Of a stretch of DNA of 64,000 nucleotides, positions 24,245-38,047 are shown one piece after another. The stretch lies in NCBI GenBank assembly GCA_028534125.1, contig CM052817.1:86740001-86804000 (forward strand), in the 5' to 3' direction. The notes under the pieces were generated by a model, which ran no database searches, was not told where the DNA came from, and saw only the letters and a program-made list of their open reading frames with translations. Every line of letters begins with the position of its first letter. The stretch's first letter is position 1. Both the position numbers and the translations under genes were made by a program. This stretch comes from Lama glama. Taxonomy: Eukaryota.

Positions 24245-24937
24245 TTTAATAACAAAAAATAATATCTGCCTGTATTAAAATGAGATTGCCACTCTTATTC
24301 TTTCGTCTTTTTGTATGAGCTCTTCCTCATCTTTTTCTTGTTATTGTTGTTAAACATACACCATCTGGCCTTTATTACCACAAAGCTATAAATTCAAAAT
24401 CCAAGCTATTTGTCTGTAATGTGTATAAAGTTGAGATTCTGCTTAAACTATTAGAGACAAGACTGAGTTATAGGTTTCTTTCTCCAAAAAAGTGGAACCC
24501 AAAACACATAATTTGAAATAGCACAAGTTGCACTTCAGATTAAATAAGCAGTTTTGGTATGCTCACCGTATAAATACTCTGCTAAACTTACACTTCCCAG
24601 TCTGGTTAAGGTTCAGAATAGATTTATATCAACTTAATGAACCCTACTTCTGCTGACATACTCAGAAAAGAGTTTAAATTACAAGATGCTACTCTTACAT
24701 AGAACTGGAATTTTTAACATAAGCTAACATTCAAAGAACATCATTTTAAATAGAACTTCATGATGTCTTCCTTTACTACACAGACTTTTAAGAATTTATT
24801 TGCATGGTATTTATGCCAACAAATCTGTACTTACTACAAAGGCTCAAAGTTAACTCTTTGGTAAGCAATTTAAGAGTGCTTCATATTTTCCTTGTTAATA
24901 GTTTCATCAAGATACATTATTTTCTTTTCCATAGGCA
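24245..24937 (-). pseudogene. Cluster of four exon-like segments, possibly the 3' end of a second decayed gene
   Basis: Segments 24937-24835 (|gtaagt; internal TAA 24872-70), 24723-24699 (|gtaaga), 24601-24567 (|gtgagc) and 24385-24295 (FVVIKARWCMFNNNNKKKMRKSSYKKTKE*). ATTAAA at 24250-24245. Introns of 111, 97 and 181 nt. Confidence 0.4.
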
Positions 24938-26189
24938 CTATAAAGTTTGGATATGGATATTAATAAAAATATACACGTACATCAAAATACATTGACAGAT
25001 CCAACAACTATAGGTATATTATCATTTTCCTTGCACTGACTTTATATATAACCTCATTACAGAAGAGATAAGAGGAAAATAAAAAAGGAGTTTATAAATA
25101 AGTCCTCATTAGTGGAAGTCCTCTTAATTTAAGGCTGGAAATTTAAAAAAACAGAACACCTTCACTTTAAATAACATGTTCAACTGGAGACATAGCTAAG
25201 GCATGAAACTTAGGTTTTAATCAGATTATGTTGGATAATGACACTATAGTTTAAGCATATCAACTTAAATCTATTTGCTCTTTTTAAATACGTGATCATA
25301 GATTTTCTCATCTGTATAGTGGAAATAGAATTATTATAAATGATGTACGGGTAGTTAACAGCCAAGGAAAATAAGTAAGGCAACTGGGATTAAAGAAAAC
25401 TATATAAACGAAGCATGCTTTTAAACCTGTAATATGTTTTAACCTCAAACAGTAAAGTTAATTAGCAAAGCATCTAATAATATTTCAAATAACCTTGATG
25501 GAAGATTTAAAAGCATCTGTTGTATAAATAATATCTTCTAATTAGCAAGAAGTTAAACTAAGACAACTAAAACCAAAATTTCAAAAACATACTTCAGTTC
25601 TTGTATTCCACTAATGTAAATTTTTAATCTATTTTTGCCATGTGAGTGGGAAAACATTCTAACATTTCATACAATGATGAAAAACATGTTACATAGATAA
25701 ATATCTTGAACTAAAGCATTAAAAATATTAATAAAATTATAGAAATCAGAAAAAAATACAATTATTCTTGCATCACAAATAAATACTGTCTAAAATTTCA
25801 AAGCAAGTTATGAAGGCAATTCAGTATCAAATAAATACAATGTAAAGAAAACATTATTCATATAGCAATAAAATGCACTTAAGGAAGGAGGAAAAGAATA
25901 TAATAAATATAAAATTAGAAATATACAAAGAGTTAATATTATAAAGTGGGAAGAAATCATCACAGAAAAAAGAAAAATAGGAGAACTGTAAATGAGTGCA
26001 TTCCTAAAAATCCATGCAATTATTTTTGAATACCTGGACAAAAGAAAATATTTTCTAGGACATTTTGATTAAAAAAAAATACCTCAAAGAGATAGATATT
26101 CTAAAGTGGAAGGGAAAGCAATTAAAAAGATTGCAGTAACCTAACACCTTAAACTAAAAGAATATTTCAAAGATCTTTCATAAGGGAAT

Positions 26190-26557
26190 TGCTATAAACT
26201 GAATTTTTGTGTCCCCCCCCTCTAAAATTCATACGTTAAAATCTAACTCCTAAGGTGATGGTATGTGGTGGTGGTGCTTTGAGAGGTAATTAGGTCAAGA
26301 AAGCAGAGCCCTCAGGAATGGAATTAGTGCCCTTGTAAAAGAGACCCCAGATCCTTGCTCCACTGGCCACTGTAGGACACAGCAGAGAGATGGCTCTCTA
26401 GGAACAGGGAAATGGGTCCTCCTCAGACACTCGATCTTGGACTCTTAGTATCCTAGCTCTTCATAGGCCCTAGAACTATGAGAAATAAATTTCTGTTTTT
26501 TTATAAGCCACCCACTCAAAAGGTTCTTCATTATATAGACCCAAACAGGTTAAGATA
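26190..26557 (+). mobile_element. MaLR solo LTR (MLT1A-like) with 5-bp TSD, inside an old L1
   Basis: tgctataaactgaatttttgtgtccccc...agaactatgagaaataaatttctg...taagata; TSD ggaat at 26185-89 and 26558-62. Confidence 0.9.
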
Positions 26558-27069
26558 GGAATTCTTTCAAAATGTAAAGAAACAGATTATTTTTGTGCTC
26601 TTCAATTTTTTCAAGAAAACAGATTGAAGGAAAAATTCAAATGCTTTTCGTCAGTCCAAAAAAAAAAAAAAAAAGCCCACACTGCCACTAAACTTGAAAG
26701 AGAAAACACACTGAAAATATATATATACTATGTAGTATAAGTATATATTCAATAAGTACTCACAAGAAGCAATGGTGAAAGCCCTAAAAAAGGGTCCCTA
26801 TGACAAAGGACTGGGCAGAGTTTGACGACATTCACTGTATCAAAGACAGGAAAACGTTCCCTGATGTTTCTCCCCACCTCCTCTAAGTAGTAAAAGTCTT
26901 AACATATTAGAAGAAAGAAAATAGATATCACTTCCCAGAGGGAATTCATAAGCCATTGCAGCTATAGGAAGAAGGCAGAATATTGTTGAAATAACATCAA
27001 ATGTGTGCAGAAGACTCAGTCTGAGGTGCAGTAAAAAGAGAAGGCATATTGCTGATGTTGGAAGAGAAA

Positions 27070-28110
27070 CTGAGAAATTTATCAATACCAGATGCAGAGC
27101 AACTGGAACTCTTATACACTGCTTGTAGGAATATAGGATGCCCTTGAGAAAACAGTCTGTTTCTTACAAAGTTAAATATATGCTTATGATATGTCATTAG
27201 CAGAATAATGATACCTTCCTCCCACACCCAAAAAAAAAAAAAAATGTCCATTCCCTAAGCCTGGAACCTGCCAATATGTCACACAGAAAAGGAGGAATTC
27301 AGGTGGTAGATGGAATTGTGTGCTAAGCAGTAGACCTTAAAGTAAGATTATCCTGGATTATACAGATGGCCCAACATGGTCCCAAGAGTCCTACAGAGTG
27401 GGAGACAGAGGCAAACGAATAGGTCAGAATAAGAAAGAAATTTGATGATGCTACTATGTTAGTTTTGAAAAATGAGAAATTAGCCAACAGGACAAGGAAT
27501 GCTGACAGCAAAAAAAGAGAATTTCCTTCTAGTGCGCCCAGAAAGGCTGCAGCCCTGCTGACATCTTGATTCTAACCCAGTGAACCTTATTTTGGACTTC
27601 CAACCTCCAGAAATGTAAAATAGTATTTTTTTGCTGTTTTACTAAATGTACAGTAATCTGTCACAGCAGCAATAGAAAACTAATTCATCATATGGTCCAG
27701 TAACCCTATTCTTAGGTATTCAGCTAAGATAAATAAAAGCATGTTTACACAAAAACTGTACATGATTCTTTAGAGTAATGTTATACATAATCACCAGAAG
27801 TGGAAATAAATCAAAATGTTCTTCAGTCAGGGAATGGATAAAAAAATGGTAGTATATCTGTACAATGAAATATTAGCCAGAAAAAAGGAACAAATCATTA
27901 AGGCATACAAACACTCTGATTGAATGCCAAATGCATTTTGATAACTTCATTGCAAAAGACAAAAATACTGTATAATTCCACATATGAGACATACTAGAAA
28001 AGACAAAATGGTACAGGTGGAGAATATATCAGGGGCTGCAATTAGACAAGGAAACAAACTGAGGTAAAATACTGAGCAACAGAAGCAAAATAATTTTATG
28101 TGTACTTTCA
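27070..28110 (+). mobile_element. Old L1 (L1MC/MD-like) 3' region split by MLT1D
   Basis: gagcaactggaactcttatacactgctt...ttcttacaaagttaaat | catatggtccagtaaccctattcttaggtatt...gaatggataaa. Confidence 0.75.
27192..27687 (+). mobile_element. MaLR solo LTR (MLT1D-like)
   Basis: gcagaataatg...agattatcctggattat...gacttccaacctccagaa...acagcagcaatagaaaactaattca; TSD tgata/tcata. Confidence 0.85.
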
Positions 28111-28222
28111 AAACCAAAACTAATAATCTCACAAACTCATTAAAACAGTAAGAGAAAATGCTGATGTCTACATGTTATTAGTCACTAAATTCATAGTTTT
28201 TAATATTTTAATTATGTTATAT

Positions 28223-28975
28223 ATAGGAGAGAGAGACATACCATAAATTTAAAGTTATATCTAGTCTTTGTTCTATTTCTAAAGTTATATCTAGTCTTTG
28301 AATCCATTTCCCATGGATTTAAAATCCCTTGGAATTTCCTGAGTGATAGAAGCATCTCCTTTATGCTAATGAAGTGACTCATCAAGGGTCGCGAGATAGT
28401 TTTAGCATGGGAGAGGTCACTAGAAAGACCAGCTACATGATTAGAGGGTTGCAACTTTGGGTCCACTAAATAAATATCTAGGGAGGGGAAAAAGTCTGAT
28501 GATTGAGTTCAATCACATGGCCACTGAATAAACAAATCATGCCTATGTAATGAGACCCCCGTATAAACTATGGACACCAGCACTCTGTGGAGCTCCCCGG
28601 TTGGTGAACACACTGATACAGCGGGAAGGTGATGTGCCCTGACTCCATGGTGAGAAGGGATGAAAGCTCCATTCTAGGCCCTCCCCAGACCTCGCCCTAT
28701 GCATCTCTTCGGTTTGACTGTTTCCGAGTTGCATCCTTCATAATAAAACTGTAATCATGAGAATAACATCTTCAGTGAGTTCTGTGACTCATCTGGTGAA
28801 TTATCAAACCTGAAGAAGATATAAGAAGCCCTTACTTTATAAGCAGCTAGGCAGAAGGCCAGAGGCCGGGAAACACTCAAAATTCAAAGCTGGTATCCTG
28901 TAAGGGACTTTGTCCTTAACTTGTGGGGTCTGCACTAACTCTGGGTAGTTGGTGAAAGAGAATTGGTGTCAGCAC
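28223..28975 (+). mobile_element. MER21-family LTR
   Basis: aaaatcccttggaatttcctgagtgatag...ggttggtgaacacactgat...aataaaactgtaatc...gagttctgtga...gaattggtgtcag. Confidence 0.8.
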
Positions 28976-29944
28976 AGTAAACACAGAATGACTTTATTCA
29001 TAATTTTAAAAATGGGACTATTAAACCTAGCAGATTCTGCAACATACCACACAGTTAAGGTTTAGGAGGATAAAAGGAAAACAAATGGATAAGTTGAATT
29101 TTTTTACATGTATTAAAACTAGACAACAATGCATGTGAGTTTAACATATACTAAATGGTATTTCAAATTATTGGCAGAAAAACTGGTTAGTGTCTTTTTT
29201 TTAAGAACAGAGAGTTAAGTGGGTGATGGAACCAACAGTTTTCTTACAAGATGGATTAAAATAAGATGAATTAAAATAGGGTAGGGTCTTTTGGGGCACA
29301 GATGCCATCCGTGCATGCAGACAATGTGCGTGGATGAGTCTCAGCTACATGTAAGAGTCACCTGAGGAGATTTAACAATCCTGATCCTGTTGGATCTGGA
29401 AAACAAATCTTACAGAAAAATAAATTATGGCTGGTTCAAATTTGAATGTGAAAATAATATTTTAAAATTATTAGAAAAATAAATCTGAAGTCATTCACAG
29501 TCTCTGTGATAGAAACCTTTTTTCTTTCTAAAAAGAACATAAATATCAATGCAGAAAGCAAAAGATTAATCAATTTCCTCCACAAAAATTAAAAATTTGT
29601 GCTTAACAAATATTGCTACAAATGTGAGACAATAAACTTAGTTTGAGATACTAGTCAAGCAGATCACAGAAAGCTAATTAATTAAAATGAAAATATCTTA
29701 CAAATTAATAATAAAAAGAATGAACAGCTAAAGTTATATAGACTGTTAACCACATGAAATAAAATAAATAAAACTATCCACAGAAGTCATGCAATTTGGT
29801 TCATCTTCAAAGATAGCTAAAGTAAAACAAATCAAATAGCAAAGGAAAAAGGTTTTTTTTTTTTGTAATAGGGAAATAGTTACAATATTTGATTAATGCT
29901 TAGCCTCTGCAAATTTGTAGGCTAAAATATTCTTCTCTTCAACT

Positions 29945-30146
29945 TTTTAGAGTTATGCTCACCAATATGGCAGCCATTGGGCACATGTGACTACTTAAAA
30001 GTAAATAAAATTTAAAAATCAGTTCTTCAGTTATACCAGCCATATATTAAGCTACATGGGAATAGAGTTTATCTTACCAAACAACACAGATTTATCAAAC
30101 ATTTTCATCATCCACAAGAGTGTTCTTTTGGACAGCACTATTCTAG
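29945..30146. mobile_element. MER3-like hAT-Charlie element
   Basis: ccaatatggcagccattgggcacatgtgactactt...acattttcatcatccacaagagtgttcttttggacagcact. Confidence 0.7.
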
Positions 30147-31111
30147 AGAATAATTTGCCTATATTAAAATTAAAAGCACACACAAAACACACAAACATAC
30201 ACACAGATTTTAATCAAGCAAACTCACTACTGATTATTTCCTGTATAGATACATCTTCAAAATGACATTAAGCTCAATGAAAATGGTCTTTAGTATTATT
30301 ATAACAATATTATTTGTGATAATAAAACATAGAAAAAATTCAAAAAACACCACTGAGGGAGCAGTTAAATAACTTATGGTATTTCAAAACAATAGGTTAT
30401 TTTTCAACTGTTAAAAAATGTATTTATGATAACTAGAAAGTAGGAGTTTATTTTTGGAGAAGGTGTTTGTGATCAAGAGAATTCTATTTGTAATTTTACA
30501 CTTTCCTATCCAGTTTGAAATGTTTACTTTATGTGCATACCACTTTTACATAAATAAATTGATAGAAAAATAAATACATGACTCTGAAAATACATAAAGA
30601 AATAAAACCATATTGATCCAGTTAGAGGGATTACTGAACTGATAAAGTGATCTTTATATTAAGTGCAAAATAATGTGATTATGAATTGTAAGACTGAATT
30701 ATGCATATTATTGATCATAATGTATCCTTCTGCTTGTTAACAGAATTTATGTGCTATTGGATATTGGTTTTGAGATCACACCAAATTTACAGGTGTATCT
30801 GTGAATTTAAACTTTTTATTCGCTGTTGAAAATTTCATCTAAACTTTCTATCAAGCCCACTGATTACTTTAAAGATACTATTAGGAACTACCAAACCAGA
30901 GTTTGAGCAGAACTACCATAGCCAGCCTCCGAGAGTTGAGTTCATGGAAATTAGAACCCATGATAATACCATTCTAGCGGGGGAAAGGGAGAGGGATGTT
31001 AAAGCAAAATCCTGAAGTAAATGTCCTCAGTAAACTTTAATAATGTAATTTTCTTTCCTCAGAGACTGCTAGAAAATGCGTATTTTTGTAGATGGCTGGT
31101 TTGGCTGGGTT

Positions 31112-31162
<51 letters not shown>
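31112..31162. repeat. Compound (TA)n(GA)n microsatellite
   Basis: Direct reading. Confidence 0.95.
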
Positions 31163-31166
<4 letters not shown>

Positions 31167-31899
31167 TACTTGATTTATTTGAGCAGCGGCTCGGGTCTTT
31201 GACGTTTAGGGCAAAGAAAGGAGAGTGATATATTGGGGACTCCTGATCAATATCCCTATTACTTTCTTCTGAAAGAGAAAGAAAATTGACAATTAGATTT
31301 GAAAAGAAATCTATTTCAGCAATGCAATTTTATACATTCCCAGATTTAACTAAATTTTTCATTGCTCTTCTGTCACCCCAAAACATTTTAAACCCAGAAA
31401 TCATTTTATGGGTATGTTTGAATCATGATATATGGGATACAATATTGAGGTAAATGTATTACGCTAGAGCTCTGCATGCCTGGTGAAGGTGATTTTATTT
31501 CATTTCATTCTGACTGTCCAATAGTATTTTTTTTAGTGAAACTGACATTTAATGTTGTAATTTTATATCTGATCAATGAAGCTTTTATTTATATCAAAGG
31601 CTTTCATGATGAGAAAACAGAAATTACAATTTACAACTCCTCCTCTCTTATCAGGGCATATTTTCCAGGAATTACTTTCCATATCAATTCAATTTAAAAG
31701 TTTACTGAAATAAGTTAATGAATGGATGAATGAATGAGTGAATGAGTGAATGAATTTACTGACTGATAAATATATAATGCCTCAGTACTTCAAACTTCTT
31801 AGATTGGCTGCAAAGTAAAAATGCCAGAATCAGCTCCTATGGCTTCACCAACACCGTTCTTGCTAAATTTTGTCTTTTCTTGCTAAATCCATTAAAGCA

Positions 31900-32700
31900 A
31901 TCTTAGTCCTCAGTTAACTTAATCATTCCAAGAGCATCATATAAAAGTAAAATTTTTAATTCTTGAAATTTATTCTTCTTAGCTTCACAATATTACCCAT
32001 TTATCTGTTTGTCTATTCCTTCTCAGTCCCCTTTTTAAACCACCTTTGTAGTAACTGCCATGTGAATACCTGTCAAATAAGGCTAATTTCAGTACTCTCT
32101 TGCCTACACTTCTACCCTCCATCTTCTTCAAATTGATTATATCTACCCTTCTGTCATCATTATGATGGTAGTTCACTTCATTACATATTATACCCACCTT
32201 TAAATTCTTTTTTAAAGTCCAAAATCATAGATTCAAGATCTAATTACTTTGCTTCTATACTGAGATTTCTCACAACCATTATTAACTTCATAACTTCAGA
32301 AATTTAAGCCTACATTTCAATCCAAAGTTTTGCTCCCTTACAAATACTCATTTCTTTAAATTGTACATCCATATCCTCATGCGCTCAAATTAGAAAACTT
32401 GGGATCATCCTAGAAACCTATGCTTCAAGTCTGTACATACAAAATTTTATTCATTCCACACCCCTAACATGTCCATGTTTATCACCTTCATTACCTATAA
32501 TCTTACACAGTCACATCATCTTTCACCTAAAGTTCAAAAACTGCTTCTAATAACCTCTTTGCTGCTATTCACATTTTCTTTATAGTTCCCAATAAAGCAA
32601 AGATCAATTTGATTTTTTAACCATTGTAACTCAAGTACCTATTCTAAAACTTTAAAATAGGTACCCTCTAAATATTTTTGATCAATGAATGAACCCATCT
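31900..32700 (+). mobile_element. Degenerate L2
   Basis: aaacttgggatcatcctaga... and a terminal aaatatttttgatcaatgaatgaa tail; another (TGAA)n tail at 31716-31755. Confidence 0.55.
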
Positions 32701-32995
32701 AATTAAACTGTTGCTTAAAATTACTTTCATGAAATTTTTGTTAGTGACAAAAAATCAGTTGTATCAGTGAGCATAATTCAATTTATACCTTTACTTTTAT
32801 ATTTCCTGCTCACGAACAGCTTTCACCATTTACTATTTCTTTCAGTTTGATAGCATTATACCTGCACCTAGTTTTGAGAAAAAAAGAAGCACGCTTAGGA
32901 GTTTGATGAGTTGGATTTCATGCCATTTCACCCTGCATAAAACAAGGTAAGCAGTTTAACCTCTTTTGCCTCATCAAAAAGAAGTGGGTAGTAAC

Positions 32996-33990
32996 AGTCA
33001 AGAGACAAGACAAACCACAAACTGGAAGAAAATATTTGCAAAAGACATATCTGATAAAGAACTATCTTTTATCCAAAATATACAAAAAACTCTTAAAACT
33101 TGACAATAAAAAAAAGCTCGATTGAAAAATGGGCCAAAGACTTCAACAGAGATTTCACCAAAGATGATATGCAAATGGAAAATAAACATGAAAAGGTACT
33201 CCACATCGTAAGTCAAGAGGGAAGGCAAATTAAACAAACAAACAAACAAAAACCCAACAAGATACCACTACACTATTAGAATGGCCAAAATGTGTAACAT
33301 TGACTACCTCAAATGCTGTCAATGATGTGGAACAACAGGAACTCTCATTTATTACTGGTGGGCATGCAAAATGGTACAGGCAGGTTGGATGAGAGTTTGG
33401 CAGTTTCTTGCAAAACCAAACATACTCTTACCATACAATCCAGCATCTGCCCTCCTTGGAATTTACCCAGGGAGGTGAAAAATGATGTCCACACAAAAAC
33501 CTGTACATGTGTTTATAGCAACTTTATTCATAATTGCCAAAACTTGGAAGCCGCCAAGATGTTCTTTGGTAGGTGAATTTATAAATACACTGTGATACAT
33601 CGAAGCAATGGATCATTATTTAGTGTTAAAAAAGGAAGTGAGCCATTAAGCCATAAAAAGGGAAATGCCTACTCTGAAGTGAAAGAAACCAATCTGAGAA
33701 GGCTGTATACTGTAAAAACTCAATAAATTGGCATTCTGTAAAAACTGTAAGTATGGAAATATTGAAAAGATCATTGTTTGCCAGGGTTATGCGGAATGAA
33801 GGACCAATTAGCTGTTCACAGTAAAACTTTGAGGACAGTGGAAATACTCTGTATGATACTATAAAGATGAATATATGCCATTATACGTTTGTCCACATCC
33901 ATAGAATGTACAACACCAACAGTGAACCCTAAGGTGAACTATGGACTTGAGGTGATTGTGACAGGTCAGTGTAGCTTCATCTTTGGTAAA
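32996..33990 (+). mobile_element. L1MC1/2-like 3' end
   Basis: actggaagaaaatatttgcaaaagacatatctgataaag...catagaatgtacaacaccaacagtgaaccctaaggtgaactatggact. Confidence 0.85.
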
Positions 33991-35505
33991 ACCCACAAAG
34001 CCTTGAAAAAAAAGTAGATATTTTTATAAAACAAGAATAGGATATAATTTTTAAACTAGGCATAAAACACTTTCATAATGGAAGAGATTAACAGTTTTGA
34101 ATACTATAAAATGAAGACTATGGTCCACCAGAAAACTTCAAAATAGGACTAAAATCCAAAGTCAGAGAAGATATAGGCCAAAAATATGGTCAACAAAGTA
34201 TTAGTTAACCGAAGAATATATAACCTGCTGGAAAACTAGGTAAACTATTTGAATAAGTAGTCTGTAATCCAAATGGGAAATAGATTTATAAAGTGATGAC
34301 TAACCTCACTGTTAACAAGTAGAAAGGAAATTTAAAACAGGTCCATCATACAACAAGCAGACTAATAAAAGTCCAAAAAAAAAAAAAAACCCAAAAAACA
34401 TTCTACCTAATGTTGGTGAAGTTAAGGAGCAATGATAGCTTTCATACTCTAATGGCAGGTGTATTATTAGTAGAATCACATTGAAAAGATTTTGGCATTG
34501 TTTATGTGAGTTACAGATGCAGAAACATGTAACCAGCAATTCTAGACTGAGGTACGTCAGCTGGAGAAAAGTCTGCACATGAGACCTCCAGAAGATGTGT
34601 ATATGAATAACCGTGGTTGAGTATGATGAATTATCCTACAGCAGACCCTAAACATGAACCAAAGCTGCACACACACGAAGGAATGATGAATCTCACAATA
34701 GACAGAATTTTGAGGGGGGGGAAATATACCAAGTCACAAAAGATCAGAAACAGCCTAAACTAAAATACATCACTAAGGGTTGCACAGATCAGTAGCAAGC
34801 TTTCTGGGTTTTGGGTTTTCTGTTTTGTTTTGTTTTTTAATACCAATAGAGTAGATTATCTTTTCCAGGGGAGAGAAAGATAGATGATTTAGCTTGGCAA
34901 CACAGGGAGTTTCAAATCTGATTCTGATGTTGTATGTTTTGCTTTATGATTATGTGTGTTTTATATCTTCTACTATATATATGGAAAGACAGCCTTCCAT
35001 GTTTTCTCATTTCCTACTTTACAGGATAAGGCTCAGATACACTCCTTAACTTGTCAAATGACCTTTTAAAATCAGACTGTAGGTTACCTTTCCAATCTCA
35101 TTTCTTAGCTTTCTTATCTCCATGCTACTATCAAGCTAATGTGTTTACTTCCAGGTTACTACTCTACTCACTGTTAACATTTTACGTAGTCCAATAACTT
35201 GCCCACTTCTGTGGCTTTGATTTTTACATTCTTACTACCATTCCTTGTTTTAGTTCTCTATTAAATGAAACCAAACTTCATGGTAAAAATCAAATTAATA
35301 CTTTGATTTTTTTTTAAGTTTCTCTGAAAGTTTAAATCAAAATTAATTTTTATCTTCTGTCTGTTTCCATGGTATTTTGTACACTGTTCTGTGATAGCAT
35401 TTACTGAATTATAGTTATCTATTTACATGCCTACATTCAAGGATGGGACATTATTGAACTTGAATTCATATTACAGTATTCTTTGTCACCCAGACTGAGT
35501 CATAC

Positions 35506-35612
35506 TGAGGTCGATTGTTCCCTTTTAGATGAATCAGCCTTGGAATTGTTACCTTCCTGTTGAAATATATGTATTTGTGTGTCCTGATATGAATTTGAAA
35601 CCTCACTGATAG
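35506..35612 (-). pseudogene. Orphan exon-like segment xISEVSNSYQDTQIHIFQQEGNNSKADSSKREQSTS
   Basis: tttcataacag| acceptor, TCA|gtatga donor, 35 open hydrophilic codons. Confidence 0.35.
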
Positions 35613-36574
35613 CTGTTATGAAATTATCCAAGTTGTAGCCTCTACTGCATGTGACTGGCATGTGACTCCACTGGCATGTGCCTCTCTGTGTTTGTGTGTG
35701 GTACTGGGGTTGGGGGTTGAATGCAGTAAGTTTGTCCATGTGTATGTGTGTGTTGCTGTGTATATTCTTTTGAGTGTGGCTAGTGAAAGAAAACTGTGTA
35801 GATAAAATTTCATTTCTTCAAGGTACAACTTTAACAGGCCTAGTAGCCTATGAACCTGAGAATTATCAGTTATGTACCAGTCTTTTGGTTTTGCTGCTTA
35901 TTGTAATCATTGTAAATTGTTTGTAGTACAGAGAGTTGAAACTGGGGATTAGATTTTACTTTTGCCACGCTTGAGAAGAGGAATTGAAAGAAGAATGAGA
36001 ACTTTAATAGCATTTTATTCTTTATTATATTAATGGAACTAAAAACTCATGGCTAATCCTATGGAAATTTTACTGGTCTAACATTGAGTGAGAAATGAAA
36101 GTTAAAAAATAAATTATCAAAAGTGAAATAGGTACTATTTAATTATTGTATCTCTTCTATAAGAGGAAATAATCACATTCAGGACAAGTAATATATCTAA
36201 CAACAAAATTCCTATTTATTAACTACATTTTTATTTTATATATATATATATATATTATTTAATCACCACAGAGATATTTGCATCTATAACACTTTAAATC
36301 AGATATTTAAGGAAATATTTGTTAAAATATTCTGTATGTATCCCTAGAGGGGAAAGTCAAAATGTATTTTTAAAAATTTAATTGGTCTTACACTAGTTCC
36401 AACTTTCTGTTCTATATCCATATACAAAAATCAACATTACTAGGAGTTCATAAAGTCATTGTTTTGGAAGACCAAGCAAGATTTTACATCAAGTTACATG
36501 ATATTATTATTTTGCCTTTTATTTCACAAGGATTTTTTTTCTATGGTAACTGTACATGTTTTCCACCATTAAAT

Positions 36575-36745
36575 AACAAGTTTATACTGTATAGCACAAG
36601 ATATTCAATATCTTACAGTAACCTATAATGAAAAAGAATATGAAAATGAATATATATGTATATGTATGACTGAAACATTATGCTGTACATGAGAAATTGA
36701 CACATTTTAAACCAACTATACTTCAATAAAAAAAAGGAAAAGAAA
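36575..36745 (+). mobile_element. Artiodactyl/camelid L1 3' end
   Basis: tactgtatagcaca...aacctataatgaaaaagaatatg...aactatacttcaataaaaaaaa. Confidence 0.85.
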
Positions 36746-37672
36746 AGAAACAAATCCCACCCTCTCCAAAACATCTGCTGAAACAGATTTGTCTGCAGAA
36801 AGGGTTTCCAGATCTGAATTGCACTGTTCAAACCATTGTCAGTATTCAACTAATAGCTAGTTCCATTTCTGGGGCTATATTTAAGTATTCATTCTTGATT
36901 CAAGTTGTCTTGCTCCAAACACAGAAGAAGTGAATTTTTAGATGTCCTAGCTAATTTTCAAGTCAAACTATCATAGTCTACTGCCTGATTCTTCCAGAAT
37001 TGACCGCTCAGTCCTTAGCAATTTATCCTGAATATAACTAGCAACTATAAACCTTGTTTGTCATTGTTCCTTCACATATCCTTCATATTCAAGGTGACCA
37101 TGAGCTCCTTTGAAATAAGTGACCATGTCTTACTCTTGGTATTTCCTGTTTTTTTTTCCTGCTGTCTGTGAAAAGTGTTTAATTAAAAACAAATGAATAC
37201 ATGAATTAATATCATGATAAAATAAGGTGATTGCAACCAGAAATATCAATGAGATATTTCTCCTAGTGTTTTTTTTTTGGACTCTGTCAGTTAACTTTAT
37301 CAATAATATGTTCATTTTTATTTCATGTTTCACAATGATCATAGCAATAAGAGGAAGGTGGTAAATATCACCGTGAAAAGAGGACATCCTTTAATTTTAT
37401 TTAAGGAAAATCTAATATGTTATCTGAACAGTTACACAAAATAACCTTTTTTGAATCATGTATAACAAATATATTCTTTGTATAACTGTACTGTAACATA
37501 CTCATTCATGAAGAAAACTTTTTGTCTTATTTTTATTTCTTGCAATTAATAATCATAAGAATATTGCAATTTGCCCCCATTTTGCTGCGCTCTAAAGTCA
37601 GCAATTTTGAGCAGGAAAAGGAAAATGTATTTTTTTTATAGATTTCTGATGATTTATTTACTAAGTAATACT

Positions 37673-38047
37673 TGTATTAGTTTGCTAGAGCTGCCATAAC
37701 AAAATGCCACAGACTGTGTGGCTTAAACAACCAAAATTTATCTTCCCACAGTTCTGGAGGATAGAAGTCCATGATCAAGGTGCTTTCATGTTTGGTTTCT
37801 CCTGAGGCCGCTCTCCTTGGCTTGGAGGCGGCCACAGGCTTTCTGTGCCCTCACATGGTCCCCTCTCTGTGTGCTACATCTCAGATGTCCCCTCCAGTGA
37901 GACTGGATTAAGTCCCACCAAAAGGCTTCATTTAGCTTAATTACTTCTTTAAAGACTATCTGTAAATACAGTCACATTATAAGACACTGGGGTAAAAGTT
38001 TCAATATAGACCTGGGGTGGGGGGGGGCAGGAAGTAAGTCTAAAACA
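37673..38047 (-). mobile_element. MaLR solo LTR (MLT1B/C-like)
   Basis: tgtattagtttgctagagctgccataacaaaatgccacagact...cacagttctggaggatagaagtcc...aatacagtcacatt. Confidence 0.85.

Noticed and set aside
28250..28300. 21-bp direct repeat taaagttatatctagtctttg
   Set aside because: Two-copy local duplication inside a MER21 LTR; not an array, and CRISPR-like structure does not apply here.
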